This document shows positions 50,184 through 59,428 of a DNA stretch of 64,000 nt, in pieces. Numbering within the stretch: the stretch's first letter is position 1; each line of letters opens with the position of its first letter. The stretch is from assembly GCA_965224245.1 (NCBI GenBank), contig OZ245046.1, positions 288,001-352,000 of the forward strand, read 5' to 3'. Source of the stretch: Candidatus Eiseniibacteriota bacterium. Lineage in GTDB: Bacteria > Eisenbacteria > RBG-16-71-46 > CAZAMP01. The notes beneath the pieces are model-generated. The model did not search any database and had not been told where the DNA came from. It saw only the letters and a list, made by a program, of their open reading frames with translations. Made by a program: the position numbers and the translations under genes.

Positions 50184-51773
50184 CTACGGCAGGTGGGAGG
50201 CCAGGTCGCCCTCGCCGTCGAAGATCTCGCGCCAGGACACGCGCTTCCACGAGTTCAACGGGTTCGGGAAGCACGGCGGCGGGAACTCGCGGATGTCGTG
50301 ATCGTAGTTGTACTGCCACGTGATCCGTCCGGCGGCGATGCCCTCCACCGTTCCCGACGACCACGGTACGGCGCTCGCACCGTCGTACGTGATGAGCGGA
50401 CCGTTCAGGTTCAGCACCCAGTGGTCGGTCGTCAGGTTGAGCTCGTCCCAGCCCGTGAACGGATCCGGATCGTGGTTCACCGGGGTCTCACCCACGATCT
50501 GGTCCATGTCGAGGTCCACCGGACCGGTCAGCATCGGCGGGTGCGCCGACATGCCGGGGTTGCGGGCGCGCCAGTTGCGTCGCACAGCCATGATCGCGGC
50601 GTCGATCTGGACGATCTGGGGGACGTCGCCCAGGTAGACGTAGTAGTGACCGATGAGGCCGAGGTTGACGGGGTCGCCGGTGCCGTTGGGCGCGCCGGTG
50701 CCGGCGTCGAAGCCGGTCGTGCCCGTGTAGATGCTGCCCTCGACGTAGACGTCCCGATCGGCATAGATCGACATCGAGTGTCCGCTCCGGCCGTCCATCG
50801 TGCCGAACACGTGGGCGTCGCGGGCGAAGAAGATGATGCCGTTGAAGTCCTCGAGCCGCAGCGGGGCGCCGGTGGTCACGTTCTCGCAGGGCACGCCGTT
50901 GTAGGTGATGATCGTGTTGCCCGGTGACGTCGTCGTGTCGTGGAAGTCGAAGAGGCTCAGGTTCAGCCAGTCTCCGGTGCTCGAGATGCCGATGGGGTCC
51001 GTGGTTGGCAGGTTCACGTAGAGGCCGACCGCGCCGCCGTACTCGCAGGCGCTTCTCGTCCCGCTGCCGCGGGCCTGATCGGCGATCTCGTCGAAGTCCA
51101 CCGAGCCCAGGATGTCGATCTCGGGCGCGTGCTCGGTGAAGCCGCGCATGAACTCGGCGCCGGTGGGGTTGTTGATGTCGCCGGTCACCGTGACGTGCTC
51201 CAGAAAGCGGGGCTGCTCCCCGACGGCACAGGTCGCGATGTTCAGGTTGCCTCCGACGTAGAGCTCGGCTTCCACGTCGTCGCGGCAGCCGTACCCCGTA
51301 CCGGTGGTGGCCACGAAACGCGCGAACTTCAGGAACGACTCCTTCGCGAACTCGACCTGAACGCGACGCTTCGCGCCCCGGACGTTGCCTTCGGACACGA
51401 GGTTGAAGCCCTGGGAGCGGTAGGCGGAGACCGCGTCGATGCCGCGGATCTCGGTGGCCTCGCCGATGACGCGGTAGTGCCCGCCCCAGTCCAGCGTGTC
51501 GGCCAGCTCGAAGTCGAAGTACCCGTCACCATCGGCGTCCTCGAGAGGGGCGGTGAGCGTCTTCAGCGCGTTCTCGGCCACCGCGATTCCGGTCTCCGCG
51601 GCCGCGAGCGCGTCGGCGGCGTCACGGCCGTAGCGACTGACCGAACGGTCCGACATGGCGTTGAAGACGATGGCGGTTCCGAGCAAGGCCATTGCGCCCA
51701 GGATCATCAGGGTCACGATGAGCGCGCCACCTCGTTCGGAGGTCAGGGCGCGTATGTGGCGTGTGTCGGCCAT
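50184..51773 (-). CDS. PilX-like pilus-associated protein
   Basis: GGAGG RBS; SERGGALIVTLMIL...ALAAAETGI; C-terminal YNYD...PPPCFP...SWRE. Confidence 0.8.
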   Translation of the reverse strand: MADTRHIRALTSERGGALIVTLMILGAMALLGTAIVFNAMSDRSVSRYGRDAADALAAAETGIAVAENALKTLTAPLEDADGDGYFDFELADTLDWGGHYRVIGEATEIRGIDAVSAYRSQGFNLVSEGNVRGAKRRVQVEFAKESFLKFARFVATTGTGYGCRDDVEAELYVGGNLNIATCAVGEQPRFLEHVTVTGDINNPTGAEFMRGFTEHAPEIDILGSVDFDEIADQARGSGTRSACEYGGAVGLYVNLPTTDPIGISSTGDWLNLSLFDFHDTTTSPGNTIITYNGVPCENVTTGAPLRLEDFNGIIFFARDAHVFGTMDGRSGHSMSIYADRDVYVEGSIYTGTTGFDAGTGAPNGTGDPVNLGLIGHYYVYLGDVPQIVQIDAAIMAVRRNWRARNPGMSAHPPMLTGPVDLDMDQIVGETPVNHDPDPFTGWDELNLTTDHWVLNLNGPLITYDGASAVPWSSGTVEGIAAGRITWQYNYDHDIREFPPPCFPNPLNSWKRVSWREIFDGEGDLASHLP

Positions 51774-52302
51774 GGCGGCCTCCGATTGGCAGGAGAGGGA
51801 CTCGCACCTTGTCTGATCGTTCTTCGGCGCGTCGGGAGGTAATCTGAGCGCTCAGTTCGCCGGAGCCCCGCAAAGAGGAGGAGATCAACCGCATTCGAGG
51901 TCGCCCGGGCGATGGGCGGCGTCTTCCAGCCGCCGGACGTCGCCCCTCGGGCACCGGACGGCCCCGGTCTCTCCCCACGCAGGCACTCACTCCCGTCGGT
52001 GCGAGACGCAGTGGTATCGCCCGGGCTCATCGCGTGAGCACATCCCCCAGCGGTCCATTCCAGGGAGACGGAACCGACGACACGCGATCAGAGCGTCTCG
52101 GGTACGAGCTCGACGGACAGTCCGTCGGGCTCGTTCAGATCGAGCGGCAACCGACGCATCCAGACGTTCACGCTGGTGTGCCACCCGGGTGTCGAGAGCG
52201 CGGGCGACTTCTGGGCGCGAGTGGGGGGAACCTGGAAGAGAGCCGAGTACGTCGGTCGACGCTACCTCGCGAGCCGCTGACGGCTCCCGAGACGTGACGA
52301 TC

Positions 52303-52342
52303 GACGGCGCCGTCACCGACTCCCGGCGGTGACGGCGCCGTC
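52303..52342. terminator. 16-bp perfect hairpin just downstream of cupin gene
   Basis: GACGGCGCCGTCACCG-N8-CGGTGACGGCGCCGTC. Confidence 0.65.
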
Positions 52343-52350
52343 CGGAGCTT

Positions 52351-52779
52351 CTACTCGGCGGGGAATCGCTCGGGCTGTCCCGCTTCGTGAACGCGGAACA
52401 CCACGATGGTGGCGCCCGAGTCGCCGGTGATCGCCGTGTGCACCTGGCGCAACGGCACCTTCATGGCATCACCGGCGTGACCGACGAGATCCTCCTTGCC
52501 CTCCTGCCACAGCGTGACCTCGCCGTCGAGGACGTAGGCGAACTCCTCGCCCGGATGCCAGTGCTTGGGGAGGGAGGTGTGAGGCGGAATCCAGACACGA
52601 CTGACGATCACCTCGATGCCTTCCGCGTGCTCGAGCTCGGCCCTGAGGAGGTTCTCGAGCTTCGGGCCCGTCGGGTCCGCGGCTGGCGGGGTGGACGCAC
52701 CGTCGGCGGACACCGCGATGCGACTGATCAGAGCACCGAGAACGAAGCCGACGACGACGAGCGGGAAGACCTTTCGCAT
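52351..52779 (-). CDS. Exported cupin-domain protein
   Basis: AGGAG RBS; HWHPGEEFAYVLDG; VHTA. Confidence 0.88.
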   Translation of the reverse strand: MRKVFPLVVVGFVLGALISRIAVSADGASTPPAADPTGPKLENLLRAELEHAEGIEVIVSRVWIPPHTSLPKHWHPGEEFAYVLDGEVTLWQEGKEDLVGHAGDAMKVPLRQVHTAITGDSGATIVVFRVHEAGQPERFPAE

Positions 52780-53071
52780 GGCTGCTCCTGCTGTGGAAGA
52801 TGGTGGCTTCGCCGGCGCTCCGTCGAGGCTCCTCAGGGAACGTCGACGCGTGACCGGCGATCGCGCCTTCCGCCGTGGCCCACGATGTCGGACGTGATGC
52901 GACCGGCGAAGTGACGAGCCGGCATCGTAGCTCAGATCGAGGATCTCGATCACCCGCGATCGCGTCGGGTGTTGCACGCGCGACACGCCGCGATCGGCGG
53001 GTCCGGGACCCGCGGCCGGGTGCGGCGGGTGTTGGGCTCCGGATCGTCTGGAATCGGTCGTTCTCGGCCAG

Positions 53072-53101
53072 TTGAACCCCGCGGGCCACGTCGCCTAGAA
53101 T
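53072..53101 (+). promoter_or_regulatory. Sigma70 promoter giving a probable leaderless ECF transcript
   Basis: TTGAAC-18 bp-TAGAAT, 6 nt before ATG 53108; no RBS. Confidence 0.6.
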
Positions 53102-53107
53102 TCGAAC

Positions 53108-53686
53108 ATGCCGCAACCCACGCCGGCCGAGCTCACGGCGATCCTCGGCCAGCTCCGTTCCGACTCCGCCGAACGCGACGAGCTGGTGGCCCAGCTGTTC
53201 GAGCTGGTCTACGACGACCTGAAGCGGATCGCCAGCGGCCTGATGCGCGGCGAACGCGCCGATCACTCCCTGCAGCCGACCGAGCTCGTCCACGAGTCGT
53301 ACTTTCGTCTGTTTCACCAGACCGACGTGGAGTGGGAGTCGCGTGCACACTTCTACGGCATAGCCGCCCAGGCCATGCGCCGGATCCTGGTCGATCACGC
53401 GCGTTCCCGGAACGCCGCCAAGCGGAGCGGCCGCTGGGAGAAGATCACGCTCCACGACGAGATGCTGGCCGGAGAGGCGCCCGCGGGTGAGCTGGACGTG
53501 CTGAAGCTCGACGACGCATTGCGCAAGCTCTTCGCGCTCGACGAGCGCATGGGCCGTGTGGCCGAGCTGCGCATCTTCGGTGGGCTGACGATGGCACAAG
53601 TCGCTCACGTACTCGGCTTCTCGAAGCGCACGGTGGACTACGACTGGAAGACCGCTCGTCCCTGGCTGATGCGCGAGCTGGCCTAG
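53108..53686 (+). CDS. ECF sigma factor (STK-associated, TIGR02999-like)
   Basis: YDDLKRIA...LQPTELVHESYFRL...HFYGIAAQAMRRILVDHAR...TVDYDWKTARPWL. Confidence 0.92.
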   Translation: MPQPTPAELTAILGQLRSDSAERDELVAQLFELVYDDLKRIASGLMRGERADHSLQPTELVHESYFRLFHQTDVEWESRAHFYGIAAQAMRRILVDHARSRNAAKRSGRWEKITLHDEMLAGEAPAGELDVLKLDDALRKLFALDERMGRVAELRIFGGLTMAQVAHVLGFSKRTVDYDWKTARPWLMRELA

Positions 53687-53747
53687 GCGTGGCCGGCCGG
53701 CGTGTCCGGGGCTCGAGCCCGTTTCGACTCTGGAAGGGTGATCGCGA

Positions 53748-56390
53748 ATGACGTCCGACCGGCTTCGACGCGCGCGAGCGATCCTCGCGCGGGCACACGA
53801 GGTCGACCCGGCGGAGCGAGAGGCGCTGGTCTCTCGCCTGTCCGAGGGTGACGAGGATCTCCGCCGCGAGGTCATGTCTCTCCTCGCGCACGATGCGCCG
53901 ACCGCCGGGCTGAAGGAGCGGATCGACGTGGACGCCGTGGGCGCGCTCGTCGAGCGCTTGCGGGCGGGTTCGGCTCGAACGCCCGAGCGGATCGGGAGCT
54001 ACCGGGTGATCCGGCTGCTCGGGGAGGGGGGGACCGGAGCGGTCTACGAGGCGGAGCAGCAGAGCCCACGGAGGTCCGTGGCGATCAAGGTGCTCCGTCA
54101 CCGGCTCCTCGACGACTACCGCCGCCAGCTCATCCGGCGCGAGGCGGCGGCGCTCGCACGACTCGATCATCCGAACATCGCCGGCATCATCGAGGCCGAC
54201 GAGGTCGACGGCGAGCCGTTCGTCGTGATGGAGTGTGTCCGGGGCACGCCGCTGTCCCAGTTCCTGAAGGAGCCGGCGGGGCAGGCGCTCTCGGTCCGCC
54301 AGAGGATCGAGCTGTTCCTCCAGATCTGCGATGCCATTGCATACGCCCACCGCCGGGGGGTCATTCACCGCGATCTGAAGCCGTCCAACGTCATCGTCAC
54401 CAGCGAGACCGAGAAGCCGTCGGTCAAGGTGCTGGACTTCGGACTGGCGCGCTTCACCGACGCCGACGTGACGCTGGTCACGATGAGCACCGAGACCGGG
54501 CGCGTGCAAGGGACGCTCGCATACATGAGCCCCGAGCAGGCACGTGGAGATCCGAACCAGATCGATCTTCGATCCGACATCTACTCCCTGGGTGCGATCC
54601 TCTACGAGATGCTCACCGGAGAGCGGCCGAGCCAGCTGTCCGATCGCTCGCTCGCGGAGGCGGTCCGGATCATCTGCGAGGACGATCCGCCGTCGTTGAG
54701 GACGCTGGATCGGACCCTCGACACCGACCTCGACACGATCGCGATGAAGGCGCTCGAGAAGCCTCCGGACCGCCGGTATCAGACCGTGACCGCTCTCGCC
54801 GGCGATCTCACGAGATGGCGCCAACATGAGCCCATCACGGCCAGGCCCCCGACGCTCGCGTACCAGCTGGGCAAGCTGATGCGACGACATCGCCCGGTGT
54901 TCGCGCTGGGAGCGGCGTTGCTGGTGGCCGTGATCGCGTCGGCGGTGGTCACCTCCGTGCTCCTGTACCAGCAGACGCAGGAGCGCGAGCGGGCGGAGCG
55001 GGAGGTCGTGCGTGCCACCCGCGAGGCGCGAAAGGCCGACCAGATCAACGCGTTCCTGCGCGACATGCTGGTGGCGGTGGATCCGCGACGCGAGGGGGCG
55101 GACGTAACGGTGAGAGAGGTCCTCGACCAGGCCGCGCGCGATCTCGTGGGGGCGTTTCCGGACGAGCCCGAGGTCCGGGCGGCGCTTCACAACAGTCTGG
55201 GGCAGGCCTACTACGGCGTGGCGGTGCTCGATTCGGCCCGCACCCACCTCACCCGCTCGATCGAGATTCAGCGTGAGATGCGCGGGGCGGCGGACCCGGC
55301 CGTGGTCAGGGGCCTGGCGGCCCTCGCCACCGTGGCCAGCCGCGAGGCCCGGAATGCGGAGGCGGAGTCCCTCCTGGTGGCGGCGCTGGCCATCGATCCC
55401 GAGAACATGCCCCGCGACGAGACGTTCGAGCTCCAGCAGGAGCTGGCGGTGGTGATGCACGGCCAGGGGAAGACCGCCGAGGCCGCCGCTCAGCTCCGGA
55501 GCGCGATCGACACGTATCGCGCCGCCGGCGGCGCATACAGCGAGAGTCTGCTCCAGGCCCTGACGAACCTCGCCGCGCTGGCCCAGATCCGAGGCGACTA
55601 CGGCGAGGCGGAGACCGCCACGCGCGACGTCCTGGCCCTGGCCAGAGAGCATCACGGCGACGACCATCCGCTGGTGTTCGCCAACCTCTCGAACCTCGCG
55701 CAGCTGCTCTCGCGCCAGCGGCGAGAGGAGGCCGGCGAGGTCTTCGCAGAGGCGCTCGCGCTCGGTGAAGAGGTCTACGGCGCCGAACATCCCGAGGTCT
55801 CGACCTGTCGGAACAACTACGCCGGCTACCTGAACCGCAGCGGTCGCCATGCCGAGGCAGAGGTCCTGGTCCGGCGGTCGATGGAGATCGATCGTCGAAC
55901 GCTGGGGCCGGATCACCCGTCCATCTCGTCGGGCCTTCAGCAGCTCGGGTTCGCGTTGCGGTCGCAACATCGATTTGCCGCGGCCGAGTCGGTGTACGTC
56001 GAATCGGTCAGGATCCGTCGGGCCGCCTACGGGCCCGACCATCCCTCGGTCGCGTACGCGCTCTACGGACTCGGGACGAGCGTGCTGGAGCAAGAACGCC
56101 CCGCCGACGCGATCGAGCCGCTCGAGGAGTGCCTTCGCATCCGACGCGCGCACCATCCGGGTACGACGACCAACGTGGCCCTGCCGGCGTTCCTGGTGGG
56201 CGTCTGCATGGGAGCGCGTGGGTGCAGCGCAGTGGCCGAGTCGCTGATCGTGACGAACGCGGCCGTCATCCTGGATGCCGACCAGACCTCGGACCAGAGC
56301 CGCCGGGACACGCTCCAGCGGGCGATCGACTACTTCGATCGGTGCGACCCGAAGCGGGCCGAGTCTTACCGTGCGCAGCTGACGGAGTGA
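53748..56390 (+). CDS. Membrane Ser/Thr kinase with kinesin-light-chain-like TPR ectodomain
   Basis: GEGGTGAVY, HRDLKPSN, DFG, GTLAYMSPE; TM segment; GxDHP-type 42-aa TPRs. Confidence 0.92.
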   Translation: MTSDRLRRARAILARAHEVDPAEREALVSRLSEGDEDLRREVMSLLAHDAPTAGLKERIDVDAVGALVERLRAGSARTPERIGSYRVIRLLGEGGTGAVYEAEQQSPRRSVAIKVLRHRLLDDYRRQLIRREAAALARLDHPNIAGIIEADEVDGEPFVVMECVRGTPLSQFLKEPAGQALSVRQRIELFLQICDAIAYAHRRGVIHRDLKPSNVIVTSETEKPSVKVLDFGLARFTDADVTLVTMSTETGRVQGTLAYMSPEQARGDPNQIDLRSDIYSLGAILYEMLTGERPSQLSDRSLAEAVRIICEDDPPSLRTLDRTLDTDLDTIAMKALEKPPDRRYQTVTALAGDLTRWRQHEPITARPPTLAYQLGKLMRRHRPVFALGAALLVAVIASAVVTSVLLYQQTQERERAEREVVRATREARKADQINAFLRDMLVAVDPRREGADVTVREVLDQAARDLVGAFPDEPEVRAALHNSLGQAYYGVAVLDSARTHLTRSIEIQREMRGAADPAVVRGLAALATVASREARNAEAESLLVAALAIDPENMPRDETFELQQELAVVMHGQGKTAEAAAQLRSAIDTYRAAGGAYSESLLQALTNLAALAQIRGDYGEAETATRDVLALAREHHGDDHPLVFANLSNLAQLLSRQRREEAGEVFAEALALGEEVYGAEHPEVSTCRNNYAGYLNRSGRHAEAEVLVRRSMEIDRRTLGPDHPSISSGLQQLGFALRSQHRFAAAESVYVESVRIRRAAYGPDHPSVAYALYGLGTSVLEQERPADAIEPLEECLRIRRAHHPGTTTNVALPAFLVGVCMGARGCSAVAESLIVTNAAVILDADQTSDQSRRDTLQRAIDYFDRCDPKRAESYRAQLTE

Positions 56391-56480
56391 TCGACGCTCA
56401 AGGGCGTCACGGGGTCGCGATGCGGATGCCCGGGCAGGTCATCTCGCACACGCGCCCCCGTGACGATGTCTCGTCGCAAC

Positions 56481-59060
56481 CTACCGCACCAGCACGAGCT
56501 TTCGGCTGGCCGTGAAGCCCGGGGCCCGCAGCCGCACGAAGTAGGTGCCGGCCGCGGCATGACCGTCCCGCGTGCGGCCGTCCCACACGACTCCGAACCG
56601 CCCCGCGTCGTGGATCGCGTCGACGAGGGTCCGGATGCGCCGGCCCGACGCGTCGAAGATCCCCACGTCGACCCGCCCGCGGACGGGGAGCTCGAAGCGG
56701 ACGGTGGTGGCGACCGTGAACGGGTTCGGTCGGAGCGGCTCGAGCACGAAGGCGGTCGGCCGCGGCGTTCCCGGAACCCCGAGAAGGCCCTCGATGCCGG
56801 TGGGGGAGCCCTCGTTGCCGGCGTGGTCGGTCGCCGTGACGAAGTAGAACGCGTGCAGGGCACCCGACACGTCGATGCTGGTGCCCGACGTCCGCCCGAT
56901 CACGTCGGCGGATCCGTCCAGGACGTCCTCGAACGAGCCGTAGACCGTGAAGTAGTCGAAGTCGTCGGCCTCCGACTCGTCCCAGGCCAGGAGGACGTCG
57001 GACTCCCATCGCGGGTTCGCCGGCGGCAGCGGGTCCAGGTTGTCCACCGAGTACCCGCTGGCCGGGGCCGAGTCGAAGTGCATGCCCAGCGTCGACGTGA
57101 GTGCACGGACGAAGAACGTCGTGTAGTACACGCCCCCGGATCCGGTCGAGTCGGCGAGCGTGGGGACGACGGCGTGGTACACGTCCTCGGTGCTGGCGGC
57201 GACCGAGATCAGGAAGTCCCAGTCACTCGGTGAGGACGAGCCCGCGCTCCGGAGGTCCGCGTCGATCTCCCGGTAGACGCCGTAGGCCGTGATGGGCACC
57301 GACGCGCCGGCATCGTCGAAGTGTGCGGCCGTCCAGGTCAGGCGCACCCATCGACCCTGATCGTTGGGTACGTCCACGACGTTCGTGATCGTCGGGGAGA
57401 GCGTGATCCTCCAGATGTCCCCGTCGGCCACGTCGAGACGCTCCGACGAGAACGTGAGCATGGTTCCGTCCCGTGACCAGTTCGGCGAGACGTCGTCCCC
57501 GTCGTCGGTCGTGACCTGCACCGCGGTTCCGCCGGAGCTGGGAATGAGCCAGATGTCGTCGTTGCCCGATCGGTCCGAGGCGAACGCGATCAACCCGCCG
57601 TTCGGAGAGCACGAGGGATGGAAGTCGTCCGCGGAGTTGGTCGTGATCCGCGTGGCGGTGCCGCCCAGCGTGGGGATCGACCAGATGTCCCAGTTGCCGC
57701 TCCGCGTGGACGCGAAGGCCACGCGGGCCCCGTCCGCGAACCAGCTCGGGTACGCGTCCACGTCGGGATCGGTCGTCAGCTGCCACGGAGTGCCACCATC
57801 GCCGGGGATCAGCCAGATGTCCGACGTCTCCGCGAACGCGAGGGTGCCGCCGTCGGGCGACCAGGTCGGAAACAGGCCCTGGGTGAGCGCGGTCGGGGTC
57901 CCCCCTCCGGCGGGAATCGTCGTGACGTAGTAGTCGCTGCCGTCCCAGGCGTAGTAGGCGAGCGTGGATCCGTCGGGTGACCAGCTCGGGGCGACGTCGT
58001 TCAGGCCATCGGAGATCTGCGTGTCGGTTCCCCCGTCCACCGAGGTGACCCAGATCAGGCTCACGCCCCCGTCGGGACGAAACGACGAGAACGCGATCTG
58101 CGATCCGTCGGGGGAGAAGCACGGCGCCTGATCGTTGGCGTAGTCCGACGTGACCTGCACCGCCCCGTCGTCGGCCACGATGGAGCGATGGATCATCCAC
58201 ACGTCGTTGTTCCCGGAGCGGTTCGACATGAACGCGACCGCCGATCCATCCGGAGCCCAGCTCGGATGCGAGTCGTCGTCGAAGTCGTCGGTGAGCTGCG
58301 CCGCGGTCCCGCCGGAGGACGGGATGATCCACACGTCCACGCTCACACCCCGGTCCGAGTTGAACGCGATCTCGGAGCCATCGGCGGACCAGGCGGCGGA
58401 GCGATCCTCGGCGCCATCGGTCGTGATCTGCACGGCCGTGCCTCCATCGAACGGGACCGTCCAGATGTCGCGGTTCCCGCTCCGCGTCGACTGGAACGCG
58501 ATCAGGCTGCCGTCGGGTGACCAGGTGCCCTGGTCGTCGTCGGCGGCGTCGGTGGTCACCTGGAACTTGGGACCTCCGCCGGCCGGCGTGCGCCAGATGT
58601 CGCGATTGCCCGAGCGCATGGACGAGAAGGCGATCTGGTTGCCGTCGGGCGACCAGCTCGGGTAGGTGTCGGCGCTCGGATGCGTGGTGAGCTGCGTCGC
58701 GGTGCCCCCGTCGGCCGGGATCACCCAGATGTCCAGGTTGCCGCTGCGCAGGGACTGGAACGTGATCATGCTGCCGTCGGGCGACCACGACGGCGCGGCG
58801 TCGTCGGCCGCGTCGGTCGTGATCTGGACGGGCGGGCCGCCGCCGACCGGCTTCACCCAGATGTCTCCGTTTCCGCTCCGGAGCGACCGGAACGCGATCA
58901 TGCTGCCGTCGGGGGACAGCTCGGGCTGTACGTCCTCGGCCGTATCCGTCGTGATCTGCTGCTCGAAGTAGCCCATGACGTCGGATGTCTCGGCATCCGC
59001 CTCGATCGCGAGCAGCAGCAGCAGCAGCGAGATGCCGCTCGTCATTCGTTCGCGCCGCAT
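56481..59060 (-). CDS. Secreted TolB/PD40-repeat beta-propeller protein with DVPNDQG domain and FlgD-Ig tail
   Basis: About 12 P-x-WSPDG...F.S.RSGN.DIW repeats; DVPNDQGRWVRLTW; PNPF tail. Confidence 0.9.
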   Translation of the reverse strand: MRRERMTSGISLLLLLLAIEADAETSDVMGYFEQQITTDTAEDVQPELSPDGSMIAFRSLRSGNGDIWVKPVGGGPPVQITTDAADDAAPSWSPDGSMITFQSLRSGNLDIWVIPADGGTATQLTTHPSADTYPSWSPDGNQIAFSSMRSGNRDIWRTPAGGGPKFQVTTDAADDDQGTWSPDGSLIAFQSTRSGNRDIWTVPFDGGTAVQITTDGAEDRSAAWSADGSEIAFNSDRGVSVDVWIIPSSGGTAAQLTDDFDDDSHPSWAPDGSAVAFMSNRSGNNDVWMIHRSIVADDGAVQVTSDYANDQAPCFSPDGSQIAFSSFRPDGGVSLIWVTSVDGGTDTQISDGLNDVAPSWSPDGSTLAYYAWDGSDYYVTTIPAGGGTPTALTQGLFPTWSPDGGTLAFAETSDIWLIPGDGGTPWQLTTDPDVDAYPSWFADGARVAFASTRSGNWDIWSIPTLGGTATRITTNSADDFHPSCSPNGGLIAFASDRSGNDDIWLIPSSGGTAVQVTTDDGDDVSPNWSRDGTMLTFSSERLDVADGDIWRITLSPTITNVVDVPNDQGRWVRLTWTAAHFDDAGASVPITAYGVYREIDADLRSAGSSSPSDWDFLISVAASTEDVYHAVVPTLADSTGSGGVYYTTFFVRALTSTLGMHFDSAPASGYSVDNLDPLPPANPRWESDVLLAWDESEADDFDYFTVYGSFEDVLDGSADVIGRTSGTSIDVSGALHAFYFVTATDHAGNEGSPTGIEGLLGVPGTPRPTAFVLEPLRPNPFTVATTVRFELPVRGRVDVGIFDASGRRIRTLVDAIHDAGRFGVVWDGRTRDGHAAAGTYFVRLRAPGFTASRKLVLVR

Positions 59061-59428
59061 GTCCATCTCCTCTCCAGTGCCCGGGGGGGCCGAGATCTGA
59101 GCGTTTCCACCGATGCAGGGCCCCGTCGTGCGTCACTCGCACGCTGGCGAGGCGACCGTCTGCCGCTCGCCGCATCGGGGACCAGGGTGGGGTCCCCTAC
59201 CCGGAAGGGCGGATTCCGCGGGTCGATGTGCAATGGAACGGCTCGGGACGTGCCGGCTGTCCCCGCCGGGCACGGCGCGCGACGGCGGTCGCGAAAGGGG
59301 TCAGACGCCGAGGTGAGGCGACGAATCGGGCGAGAACCCCGCTCCCGGGATGAGCCGGCTGGACGTGGAAAGGAGGGCCATCGCCTTGCCGCACGCGACC
59401 CGGTGCGCCTCGCGCGCCCGGGCCGCGC

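Noticed and set aside
51780-52300. Riboswitch or small gene (52034..52297) upstream of the PilX-like gene
   Set aside because: No recognisable riboswitch consensus by eye and no clear RBS or family for the ORF; needs an Rfam/BLAST search.
57400-58950. Periodic ~132-nt repeats resembling a CRISPR array
   Set aside because: They are degenerate, in-frame PD40 coding repeats; no unique spacers or cas genes.
59070-59420. Possible ncRNA in the 350-nt intergenic region
   Set aside because: GC-rich pairing is expected by chance; no identifiable family.
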